Shown piece by piece: positions 1 to 8,709 of a stretch of DNA of 44,125 bases (its first letter is position 1; the number at the start of each line of letters is the position of its first letter). The translations under genes were made by a program, and so were the position numbers. The stretch is from an uncultured Staphylococcaceae bacterium (lineage in GTDB: Bacteria; Bacillota_I; Bacilli_A; RFN20; CAG-826). The notes beneath the pieces are model-generated. The model saw nothing but the letters and a program-made list of their open reading frames with translations, searched no databases and was not told the origin of the DNA. The stretch covers positions 1 through 44,125 of the forward strand of contig CAYYIC010000001.1 in NCBI GenBank assembly GCA_964471005.1, read 5' to 3'.

Positions 1-483
1 AGCGTCTCGATGACGACGAGAGCGAGACGCGAAACAGAAGTTGAAGGCGTGGATTATTTTTTCGTATCCCGTGAAGAATTCGACCGCAACATCAAAGAAG
101 GCAACTTTCTTGAGTGGGCTGAGTTTGTCGGCAATCGCTATGGCACGCCCAAACACTATGTCAATGAATTGCGCGCTCAAGGCAAAAATGTCGTTCTCGA
201 AATCGAAGTTGAAGGAACAAAACAAGTATTAAGCCGCTGCAAGGGCAGTAATGTCGTTTCGATTTTTGTCATTCCCCCGAGCTATGAAGATTTGGAAAAA
301 AGAATTCGCCATCGCTCGACCGAACCAGAAGATGTCATTCAAAAAAGGCTGCATAAAGCCCGCAAGGAGATGCATCTTAAATACCACTATGAGTACGTTG
401 TTTTAAACGATCGTCCGGATCGCGCCGGAAAGGAAATTAGGGATATAATTAAAAATAAATTAAATGCCAAACTCATTAAATAA
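1..483 (+). CDS. gmk: guanylate kinase, 5' end truncated by window edge
   Basis: The frame is open from nt 1 (SVSMTTRARRETEVEGVDYFFVSREEF...). This matches the guanylate kinase core (TTR..R..E.dG.dY.FVs.eeF, NFLEWAEF.GN.YGT). TAA stop at 481-483. Confidence 0.9.
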   Translation, partial: SVSMTTRARRETEVEGVDYFFVSREEFDRNIKEGNFLEWAEFVGNRYGTPKHYVNELRAQGKNVVLEIEVEGTKQVLSRCKGSNVVSIFVIPPSYEDLEKRIRHRSTEPEDVIQKRLHKARKEMHLKYHYEYVVLNDRPDRAGKEIRDIIKNKLNAKLIK

Positions 484-495
484 TAAAGGGTCGAA

Positions 496-2691
496 ATGCG
501 TATTTTAGAAGTGTTGATAGAACATCGAGTAAACGCGCTTAATCGCCCTTTTTCTTATGTTTATTTTGGCACTAAGGATGTTCGCGTCGGCTTTCGAGTG
601 CTGCTTATGTTTAATAAGAAGCAACTCGTCGGCTATGTGACAAAAGTCGAAGAAAGCGATTTATCGCTCGATGCATACGAACGCGAAAAAGGTTTCAATC
701 TTCAAGAAATTATCGATGTCCTCGATGACAGCGAACTGCTAAATGATGAGTTAAGAGATTTGGCCGAGCGGATTTGCAATCACTATCTGGTGACAAAAAT
801 CAGCGTTTTACAGACGATGCTCCCCAAGTCGCTAAAACCACGGCTATCATCGCTTAGCGGGCCGAAAGCTTACTTTGATAAATATCTCGTCGTCATCGAT
901 GGCGATGAGACGGGTTTAACTCCTCGGCAAATTGATCTTTTACGCTTTATCAAAACGAATGGCAAAATTCTAAAAAGAGATTCTGGCTCGCCGAGCATCG
1001 TCGATAAGTTAATCACCAGCAATCACCTCAAAGTCATCGAAATTGAACGTTTTCGCCTAGATATCCCTGAATACCAAAAAGAAACGATAAAAATACTGAA
1101 TGACGAGCAAAAAGCCGCTGTTAAAAGTATCCTGAATACCGATAAGACAGTGAGCCTTCTTCAAGGCGTGACGGGCAGCGGTAAAACGGAAGTATATCTC
1201 TCCCTTTCTGAATCGGTGATCGACGAGGGAAGAAATGTCTTGATGCTCGTTCCCGAAATCGCTCTGACGCCGATTATGGTCGAGTACTTTCAACGCCGGT
1301 TTAAAGGCAATGTCGCTATTCTTCACAGTGAGCTAACCGAAGCCGAAAAATACGATGAATACCGGCGTATCGCCAAAGGCGAATGCCGCGTCGTCGTCGG
1401 TGCCAGAAGCGCCATTTTCGCGCCGCTAGAAAACATCGGCCTCTTCATTTTGGACGAAGAACATGTTGAGTCTTACAAGCAGGATATCGCCCCTTTTTAC
1501 CACGCTCGTGAAATCGCCATCATACGAGCGGAATTCCATCGCGCTAAAGTCGTTTTAGGAAGCGCCACTCCCTCTCTTGAAAGCAAAGCCCGAGCCTTAA
1601 AAGGTGTCTACCATTATGCGGAACTGCCACATCGAATTAATGATCAGGTCTTGCCCAAAGTGACGATTGTCGACTTATCAAATCCGCGCAATTTAACGCG
1701 TCAATCGGTATTATTTTCTGATTTATTAATCAAAAAAATCAACGACCGACTGGCTAAGAAAGAACAAGTTGTATTGCTTATTAATCGTCGGGGTTTTAGC
1801 GGTTATGTGACATGCCGCGCTTGCGGTCACATTTTCAAGTGCCCAGACTGCGGCATCACTTTGACTTATCATCAGCATGACGAAATGCTTAAATGTCACC
1901 ACTGTAATCATGTCGAGTTCGCTCCCAAAACGTGTCCGGAATGTGGTGGTACATACTTCTCAAAAAGCGGATTTGGCACCGAGCGCATCGCCAGCGAGAT
2001 CGAGAAGCTTTTCCCTGGCGCCAAAACCTTGCGCCTAGATAGCGATGTCGGTCGCGTTCGCAATAACATCGCCAAAACCATCGAGGCTTTTCGCCACAAA
2101 GAAGCCGATATTTTAGTCGGCACGCAAATGATTGCTAAAGGCCACGACTTTCCTGATGTTACATTGGTGGGCATCGTCCTAGCCGATATTGGCTTATCCC
2201 TGCCGTCATTTCGTAGCAGCGAACGGGCTTTTGAACTTATCACGCAAGCCGTGGGACGAAGCGGACGAGCAGCCAAAATCGGCGAAGCGATTATTCAAAC
2301 TTATAATCCTACCCATTACGCCATTCGCCTGGCAGCAGCTCAAGATTACGAAACATTCTTTAAAAAAGAAATGCTGGCTCGAAAGGCGCAGCAATATCCT
2401 CCTTACACCTATTTGACGAGCGTGCAAATTTCCTCGAAAAACGAAGCCACAGCCATCGATACCATCCATGCGATTGCCGAGGACGTGCAGAAGCAGAACT
2501 ATCAAGATGTGACAATACTTGGTCCCGTGACCCCTTATATCCATTTTGAGAAGGATATTCATCATCGCGTTTTGCTACTAAAATACAAGAGTGATGTCGA
2601 GATCAAAGAACACTTGCGAAAGCTGCTGATCGCTTTGCAAAGCAAGGGACAAATTAACGTCGTGGTCAACGTTGACCCCTATAACTTTTAA
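496..2691 (+). CDS. priA: primosomal replication protein N' (PriA helicase)
   Basis: 731 aa. Walker A GVTGSGKTEVY and DEAH-like LDEEH are present, plus the Cys-rich zinc insert CRACGHIFKCPDCGITLTYHQHDEMLKCHHCNHVEFAPKTCPECGG. It starts 12 nt after gmk. Confidence 0.95.
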   Translation: MRILEVLIEHRVNALNRPFSYVYFGTKDVRVGFRVLLMFNKKQLVGYVTKVEESDLSLDAYEREKGFNLQEIIDVLDDSELLNDELRDLAERICNHYLVTKISVLQTMLPKSLKPRLSSLSGPKAYFDKYLVVIDGDETGLTPRQIDLLRFIKTNGKILKRDSGSPSIVDKLITSNHLKVIEIERFRLDIPEYQKETIKILNDEQKAAVKSILNTDKTVSLLQGVTGSGKTEVYLSLSESVIDEGRNVLMLVPEIALTPIMVEYFQRRFKGNVAILHSELTEAEKYDEYRRIAKGECRVVVGARSAIFAPLENIGLFILDEEHVESYKQDIAPFYHAREIAIIRAEFHRAKVVLGSATPSLESKARALKGVYHYAELPHRINDQVLPKVTIVDLSNPRNLTRQSVLFSDLLIKKINDRLAKKEQVVLLINRRGFSGYVTCRACGHIFKCPDCGITLTYHQHDEMLKCHHCNHVEFAPKTCPECGGTYFSKSGFGTERIASEIEKLFPGAKTLRLDSDVGRVRNNIAKTIEAFRHKEADILVGTQMIAKGHDFPDVTLVGIVLADIGLSLPSFRSSERAFELITQAVGRSGRAAKIGEAIIQTYNPTHYAIRLAAAQDYETFFKKEMLARKAQQYPPYTYLTSVQISSKNEATAIDTIHAIAEDVQKQNYQDVTILGPVTPYIHFEKDIHHRVLLLKYKSDVEIKEHLRKLLIALQSKGQINVVVNVDPYNF

Positions 2692-2747
2692 TAAAAAGTT
2701 TACTGTAGTGTTATAATATTGGCGTTAACAGCAACAAGGAAAAAATT

Positions 2748-3188
2748 ATGATAACCATCTCCATCCTCGGCCTCGACCAGTATATGGTCGGTACCTACTC
2801 TCAAGAAAACACCAAGAAAATCGCTAATCTCTACGAAGCTCAGACGAGCGAAATCAATTTTTATGCCCCCAATTCTTTTTACTTTCACGAGGGTGTCGAC
2901 CAAACCTCATGGAATGTTCTCGTCCGCATTCACGCGCCTTTAGAGTGTGCTACTCTCGAAGATAAGATGACCGCTTATCTGTTCAAAACTTTAAATAAGA
3001 TGGCCATCCATATCAGCGTCGAATACTTTTATTATGATAAGATCCATCGTCACAGTTTTATCAATCCCGATTACCCGCGCTTCATCACCGAGCAAAATGC
3101 CGTGGTTGTCGACGAGCCTTCTGAAGCAGATGATGAGGATGTTTATTATGGCGACATCTTTGCCGAATTCGATGACGGAAACAAATAA
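2748..3188 (+). CDS. hypothetical 146-aa protein with acidic C-terminal tail (possibly DUF1904/tautomerase-like fold)
   Basis: Clean ORF with an AAGGA Shine-Dalgarno. A TGtTATAAT extended -10 lies at 2709-2717, and a strong terminator follows. The tail is VVDEPSEADDEDVYYGDIFAEFDDGNK. The family assignment comes only from remembered pattern similarity. Confidence 0.6.
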   Translation: MITISILGLDQYMVGTYSQENTKKIANLYEAQTSEINFYAPNSFYFHEGVDQTSWNVLVRIHAPLECATLEDKMTAYLFKTLNKMAIHISVEYFYYDKIHRHSFINPDYPRFITEQNAVVVDEPSEADDEDVYYGDIFAEFDDGNK

Positions 3189-3202
3189 ATTAGTCCACTT
3201 TT

Positions 3203-3225
3203 AACGACATTTTGTCGTTTTTTAT
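3203..3225 (+). terminator. Rho-independent terminator after the 146-aa gene
   Basis: AACGACA (3203-3209), TTT loop, TGTCGTT (3213-3219): a perfect 7-bp stem followed by TTTTTAT. Confidence 0.7.
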
Positions 3226-3275
3226 AGTAGAAACAGCACTAATCTATTACTATACTATGTATTGGGGTAGAAAAT

Positions 3276-4544
3276 ATGAGAGCACTGGAAATCGCCAAGA
3301 ATGTTTTGCATCAAATCCTCCATCAGGATGTGGAATTTCAAAATGCTCTGCGATTAGCTTTTAAAGACCATCCTGAGGATAGAGAGCACTCGAGCCTCGT
3401 CTCGGCGACAGTCGGCTGCGAACTTCGCCATCATTTTCTTTTTGAGCGAATCGTCAAGGACCTAGGTGGCGAATACACCGACGAACAAAAAGCTCTACTC
3501 TACGCCTCGCTGGCCAATAATTTGTTTTTAAAGCGCATCGAAAACGATGAGATGATTGCCTATTTGCGGATCATGTTCAGCCAAGAACAAATGGAAATAA
3601 TCGAGAAATTGCTGACCTTTCAAGATTCTCCGCGCGAGTTGATTCCGGAATCGATTCCCATCGAATCGTATGAGTATTTATCCCTTCGTTTTAACACCCC
3701 TGAATGGCTTATCAAAATGTGGCAGAAGCACTTTGGCCGTGGCGTGACGTATAAACTGCTAAAAAAGAATAATAAGCCACAGCTGCAGAGTTGCCGCGTC
3801 AACACGCTGGTCACCTCGGTCAAGGAAGTGCTTGAAGACAATCAAGAATTTCGCGAATCACCTCTTTCCGACGTCGTGATTTACCAAGGCAAGGCGCCGA
3901 TTCGCAAAAACGCTTTCTTTCAGAGTTTTGATGTTTTCCTCATGAAGATGGGCGTCAAAGAATTGATGGATAAAGTTTGCCTTGACAACGTTACCGAGGC
4001 TTTTTTGTACTCCGCGGAAGATAATTCCGTGGTTCGCGAATTTTTGTTTAAATACCAGAAGACTATCGGCCTTAATCTCGGCGTGCCAAACGTCGATGAA
4101 AGACTCGATATTTCAAAAGTTATTCGCTATAACCAATTGACTAATGTCAACTTCTTTCAAGCCGAACCGACGGATATGAAAGCCGCTATCTCGCGACCCC
4201 AGGATCTCGTCATCGCCCATCCTCGCAGTTCCAATTTTGATTTGATTCGGGCATTCCCCGATTATTTATTGCATTTTAAACGCGAGAGCATCGACGAGTT
4301 AGTCGCCAAGGAAAAAGAGACGCTCGAAAGCTGCGCGACTTATGTCGCCGATGAGGGTAACCTCGTCTACATGGTTTCGACCATCAACCGCAAGGAAGGC
4401 CACTCCCTTGTCATGGATTTCTTAGATCGCCACCGCGATTTTACGCTGATTGAAGAAAAGCAGAGATTTCCTTTTGACACCCTCGACACGGCGCTTTATT
4501 ATGCGATCATGAAACGAAAAGTCGAGGCTCTGCCTAGTGAATAA
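3276..4544 (+). CDS. RsmB/Sun-family 16S rRNA m5C methyltransferase homologue, catalytically degenerate (NusB-like N-domain plus decayed MTase domain)
   Basis: 422 aa. Family landmarks are a NusB-like N-terminus, TPEWLIKMW (compare HPEWLVKEW) and CRVNTL (compare RVN.lK). Motif I (D.CAAPGGK) reads FLYSAEDNS. Motif IV (DAPCSG) reads AHPRSS. Motif VI (TCS/T) reads VST. Confidence 0.85.
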   Translation: MRALEIAKNVLHQILHQDVEFQNALRLAFKDHPEDREHSSLVSATVGCELRHHFLFERIVKDLGGEYTDEQKALLYASLANNLFLKRIENDEMIAYLRIMFSQEQMEIIEKLLTFQDSPRELIPESIPIESYEYLSLRFNTPEWLIKMWQKHFGRGVTYKLLKKNNKPQLQSCRVNTLVTSVKEVLEDNQEFRESPLSDVVIYQGKAPIRKNAFFQSFDVFLMKMGVKELMDKVCLDNVTEAFLYSAEDNSVVREFLFKYQKTIGLNLGVPNVDERLDISKVIRYNQLTNVNFFQAEPTDMKAAISRPQDLVIAHPRSSNFDLIRAFPDYLLHFKRESIDELVAKEKETLESCATYVADEGNLVYMVSTINRKEGHSLVMDFLDRHRDFTLIEEKQRFPFDTLDTALYYAIMKRKVEALPSE

Positions 4545-5574
4545 CATCTACGGCATCAGCCACGAAAAACTCACACAAGCTATGCTTGCTAAGGGTCAGA
4601 AAGCATATCGGGCCACGCAACTTTTTTCGTGGATTTACGAGAAAAAAGCGCAGTCTTTTGATGAGATGAGCGATGTTTCTTTGACCTTTCGCGATATTCT
4701 TAAAAGCGAATACTATTTTGCTTTGCCAAGCGTTTACAAAGCCCAAAAATCGCAAGACGGAACGATCAAACTGTTGTTAGAACTTAAAGATGGCAACAAA
4801 ATCGAGACTGCTTTGCTGCGTTACAATTATGGGAATGCCCTCTGCGTTTCAAGTCAAGTCGGTTGCAACATGGGCTGTTCTTTCTGCGCCTCCGGTTTGC
4901 TTAAAAAACAACGCAATCTCGAAGTTGATGAGATGGTCGGGCAAATAATCGTCATGAATAATTTATTGGCTGACGAAGGTAGCGGCGAAGTCGTGACGCA
5001 TATCGTGGTTATGGGCACCGGCGAGCCCTTTGATAACTTTGATAACGTGATGGACTTTGTCCGCATCGCCAATCATCCGAAAGCTTTTGCCATCGGGGCG
5101 CGCCGCATCACCGTTTCGACGTGCGGCATCGTGCCGCGCATCTATGAATATGCCGATGTTGGAATGCAAGTAAATCTCGCCATTTCCCTCCATGCTCCCA
5201 ATGATGCTTTACGAAGTAAACTTATGAGAGTCAATCAGGCCTATCCGCTTGATTCACTTATCGAAGCCGTTAAGTATTATGTCTTTAAAACTGGTCGCCG
5301 CGTGACTTTTGAATATATTCTCTTAGCGGGGGTCAATGACGCCGTGGCTCACGCCGACGAGCTCTCGGATTTAATCCGTGGAATCGAGGCTTATGTCAAT
5401 TTAATTCCCTATAATGCGATTGACGAAAAAAGTTATCGTCGCAGCGACGATTTGGCGGTTAAAGCCTTTCAAAATCAATTGACAAAACGCGGTATTACTT
5501 CGACGGTCCGCAAAGAATTCGGCGCCGATATCGACGCCGCTTGCGGGCAGCTTAGGGCGAAGGAAAAAGCATGA
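4537..5574 (+). CDS. rlmN: 23S rRNA/tRNA A2503 C2-methyltransferase RlmN (radical SAM)
   Basis: 345 aa with the radical-SAM triad CNMGCSFC and GTGEPFDN. The GTG start overlaps the upstream stop by 8 nt, with GAGG 9 nt upstream. The position matches B. subtilis yloN. Confidence 0.95.
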   Translation: MNNIYGISHEKLTQAMLAKGQKAYRATQLFSWIYEKKAQSFDEMSDVSLTFRDILKSEYYFALPSVYKAQKSQDGTIKLLLELKDGNKIETALLRYNYGNALCVSSQVGCNMGCSFCASGLLKKQRNLEVDEMVGQIIVMNNLLADEGSGEVVTHIVVMGTGEPFDNFDNVMDFVRIANHPKAFAIGARRITVSTCGIVPRIYEYADVGMQVNLAISLHAPNDALRSKLMRVNQAYPLDSLIEAVKYYVFKTGRRVTFEYILLAGVNDAVAHADELSDLIRGIEAYVNLIPYNAIDEKSYRRSDDLAVKAFQNQLTKRGITSTVRKEFGADIDAACGQLRAKEKA

Positions 5575-6329
5575 GAATCAAAGGTAATTTCGCCTTTCGC
5601 ATCGACATTGGGCGCGTCCGCATCACAAACGAGGATCAAGCCACCGTTTTGATAAACGCCGACGGTGATGTTTTGATGGTGGTATGCGACGGCATGGGCG
5701 GTCACAATAAAGGCGATTATGCCTCTCGTAGCGCCGTCTCTATCCTCGCCGAAGCCTTTAAAAATAAACCCAAATTTATCCATCCATTTTTTGCAAGAAG
5801 ATGGCTTTCAAAAGCCATTCATCTCGCCAACAGGGCAATTTACGATGCGGCCTATGCTAACGAAGCCTATAAAGACATGGGCACAACTCTCGTCGCGGCC
5901 TTGATTATCGAGGATTATATCATCATCGCTAACATTGGCGATTCGCGAGCTTATGCCGTTCGCTATGAAGGCATGGAACGTTTGACCAGCGATCAGACAT
6001 ATGTCGATTATCTTTACCGGACGGGAAAAATCAGCAAAGAAGAAATTACCACTCATCCCAAACGCCATGTCTTGATGAACGCCCTTGGCATCTACCCTTC
6101 CTTAACCCTCGACATTACTTCGTCCACTTACGTCGGTTTTTCGATATTGCTTTGCAGCGACGGATTATATAACAACATCAGCGAAAAGGAGTTGCATGCT
6201 ATTTTGACGACCGAAGAACGCCCTGAGCAAAAGGTCGAGACGCTTATAAAAGTAGCAAACAATAACGGCGGTTCTGATAACATTGCCATCGCTTATTGGG
6301 AGGTCAGCAAAAATGATCAAAATCGGTGA
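5571..6329 (+). CDS. prpC: PP2C-family Ser/Thr protein phosphatase
   Basis: 252 aa with VCDGMGGH, LCSDGL and GGSDNIAIAY metal-binding motifs. ATGA overlap with rlmN. Confidence 0.93.
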   Translation: MRIKGNFAFRIDIGRVRITNEDQATVLINADGDVLMVVCDGMGGHNKGDYASRSAVSILAEAFKNKPKFIHPFFARRWLSKAIHLANRAIYDAAYANEAYKDMGTTLVAALIIEDYIIIANIGDSRAYAVRYEGMERLTSDQTYVDYLYRTGKISKEEITTHPKRHVLMNALGIYPSLTLDITSSTYVGFSILLCSDGLYNNISEKELHAILTTEERPEQKVETLIKVANNNGGSDNIAIAYWEVSKNDQNR

Positions 6330-7191
6330 TAAAATCGATGATCGCTATCGCATCACGAGCCGATTAGGCACCGGAGGCATGTCGGAAGTCTATGAGGCGA
6401 CCGATGTCATTTCCAAGCGCGTCGTCGCCATCAAAATCATGAAAGAAGAGTTGATGAGCGATTATGAAAATATCCGCCGTTTCAAACACGAAGTCGCGGC
6501 GGTGGCGAGCCTTCAACATCCAAATATTATTAAAGTCTACAATAACGGCGAAGTGAATGGTCGCCCCTATATGGCTAACGAGTATGTCAAAGGTCAAACA
6601 CTACATGAGAAATTGTTGTTTTTGACCAAGATGCAACCTTATGAAGCTTGCGAGATCATGCTGCAAATTTTAAGCGCTGCCGTCTACATTCACAATCACG
6701 GCGTCATCCACCGCGATATCAAACCGCAAAATGTCTACTACATGGCTGATGGCACGATTAAGCTCGGCGATTTTGGTATCGCCACCAATGAGGAGATGAG
6801 CAAGACCAATCCTGAAGAGCATATCTTAGGTAGCGTCCATTATCTCGCCCCAGAACTCTGCCAAGGTAAAAAACCGACGCCCCTTAGCGATATTTACGCC
6901 CTCGGAATTACCTTTTTTGAACTCGTGACCGGCCACGTTCCGTTTGATGAGGCCCTGCCTGTCGATATTGCCGTCGCTCATATCAAAAGACCTATTCCGA
7001 TGCCTTCAAAAGTCGATTCATCAATTTCGCGCGAAGTCGAAAAAATTATCATAAGAGCCTGTCGAAAAAATCCTCTCGATCGCTATCAGAGTGCTCAAGC
7101 GATGGCTGACGATATTGAAAACGTCATGAAAAACCGTAATAATTTCAAAGAAAAAAAGAACCTTTTATCGCGCATTTTCGGTTTCAAATGA
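6313..7191 (+). CDS. prkC: Hanks-type Ser/Thr protein kinase, catalytic domain only (no TM/PASTA)
   Basis: Motifs present: GTGGMSEVY, VAIKIM, HRDIKPQN, DFG and YLAPE. I chose the ATG at 6313 (GGGAGG 9 nt upstream) over the ORF-track start at 6283. The protein is 292 aa and ends about 20 aa after the kinase fold. Confidence 0.92.
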   Translation: MIKIGDKIDDRYRITSRLGTGGMSEVYEATDVISKRVVAIKIMKEELMSDYENIRRFKHEVAAVASLQHPNIIKVYNNGEVNGRPYMANEYVKGQTLHEKLLFLTKMQPYEACEIMLQILSAAVYIHNHGVIHRDIKPQNVYYMADGTIKLGDFGIATNEEMSKTNPEEHILGSVHYLAPELCQGKKPTPLSDIYALGITFFELVTGHVPFDEALPVDIAVAHIKRPIPMPSKVDSSISREVEKIIIRACRKNPLDRYQSAQAMADDIENVMKNRNNFKEKKNLLSRIFGFK

Positions 7192-8057
7192 AAGAAGGAA
7201 TCATCATTTCCGCCTATGGCGGCAAATTTGTAGCCAGCGCCGAAGAACAACTTTTTGAGTTGTCCCCTCGCGGTGCCGTTCGCTTTAAAAGCGGACAAGT
7301 CCTGCCGGGCGATCACGTCCTTTTTGACGAAGAAAAAGCGACGATTGAACAAATTCTTCCACGGTCAATTAAGCTGCCTCGCCCTCGCGTCAGCAACATC
7401 ACGCAAATCATGATTATGGCCTCGGCGGTGGAACCGGAATTCTCGCCTCTTCTTATCTACAAAACACTCTCTTACGCTCTGATGTATGATATCAAGCCTT
7501 TTGTTGTCATCAGCAAGATTGACCGCCTGTTAGACCTTCAAAACATGCATCATTTTCAAGAGCAACTCTCACAAATTGGCTTTGAAGTAATCTTGTATTC
7601 AAAGAAGACAAAAGTCGGCCTTCAAGAATTGAAAGCGAAATTGGCGGGGCAGCTGACTCTAGCCATCGGTCAAACCGGAGTTGGGAAATCTTCTTTAATT
7701 AACTTGCTGGATGTTAGTTTTAATCGTGCGATCGGCGAATATTCGCAAGCCCTAGGGCGTGGCAAACACAAAACCAAAGAAGTCATTTTTCTGCCATATT
7801 CTGGCGGATATATCATCGATTCGCCAGGTTTTTCTTCTTTGGAACTCGATTTATTCAAAGAAGATTTGGCTGTTTTCTTTCCCGGATTTTCAAAAGCCAC
7901 CGGCAAATGTTTCTACCGCGACTGCATGCATCTGAATGAAAAGGGCTGCGAAGTTAAGAAGATGATGGAGAGCGGCACAGTGAGCGAAGAAGCGTATTTG
8001 ATTTATCAAAAATTGCTCGATGAATTACAATATAAAAATAGGAGGTTCCAAAAATGA
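7188..8057 (+). CDS. rsgA: ribosome small-subunit-dependent GTPase A
   Basis: 289 aa. Circularly permuted GTPase with GQTGVGKSSLIN and the zinc motif CFYRDCMHLNEKGC. ATGA overlap with prkC. Confidence 0.93.
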   Translation: MKEGIIISAYGGKFVASAEEQLFELSPRGAVRFKSGQVLPGDHVLFDEEKATIEQILPRSIKLPRPRVSNITQIMIMASAVEPEFSPLLIYKTLSYALMYDIKPFVVISKIDRLLDLQNMHHFQEQLSQIGFEVILYSKKTKVGLQELKAKLAGQLTLAIGQTGVGKSSLINLLDVSFNRAIGEYSQALGRGKHKTKEVIFLPYSGGYIIDSPGFSSLELDLFKEDLAVFFPGFSKATGKCFYRDCMHLNEKGCEVKKMMESGTVSEEAYLIYQKLLDELQYKNRRFQK

Positions 8058-8707
8058 AAAATTATGTGGCCCCAAGCCTTCTAGCCGCCGATAAAAATAA
8101 GCTGTTTGAAGAGATTAAACTCGCCGAAGAAAGCGGCGCCGAATATTTGCACTTCGACGTGATGGATGGCAAGTTCGTTCCTAATATATCCTTTGGCCTT
8201 GAAGATTTAAGCAAAATCAGCAAGAGCCACAAGATGATCAATGATGTTCACATCATGATAGAAGATCCCGATGAACATGCTCTTAAGTATGCCAAAGCTG
8301 GGGCTGACATCGTCACTTTTCACCTCGAGGCTCTACCTTGTTCAGGATGCATGGCTAAAACGATTAAGAGTTTGCATGATTATGGCGTTAAAGTCGGGGT
8401 ATCAATTAAGCCGGGTACAAAGGTCAACGCCCTTGATCCCTTTTTAAAAGACATTGATTTAGTGCTAATTATGTCGGTCGAACCCGGAAAAGGTGGTCAG
8501 CCTTTTATGAGAAGCGCTCTGCGTAAAATTAAATACTTACGGCGCTTAATCGACCATCAAAAATACCATGTTCTAATTGAAGTTGACGGGGGAATTAATG
8601 ATGTCACAGGAGCTTTAGCCCGCCAGGCCGGGGCTGATATTCTCGTCGCCGGAACCTATCTATTCGGCCACGATGATTTTAAAGAAAGAGTTAACAAACT
8701 GAGATAA
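8054..8707 (+). CDS. rpe: ribulose-phosphate 3-epimerase
   Basis: 217 aa with APSLLAAD, HFDVMDG.FVPN, MSVEPGKGGQ.F and EVDGGIN. AGGAGG Shine-Dalgarno. ATGA overlap with rsgA. Confidence 0.95.
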   Translation: MKNYVAPSLLAADKNKLFEEIKLAEESGAEYLHFDVMDGKFVPNISFGLEDLSKISKSHKMINDVHIMIEDPDEHALKYAKAGADIVTFHLEALPCSGCMAKTIKSLHDYGVKVGVSIKPGTKVNALDPFLKDIDLVLIMSVEPGKGGQPFMRSALRKIKYLRRLIDHQKYHVLIEVDGGINDVTGALARQAGADILVAGTYLFGHDDFKERVNKLR

Positions 8708-8709
8708 TT

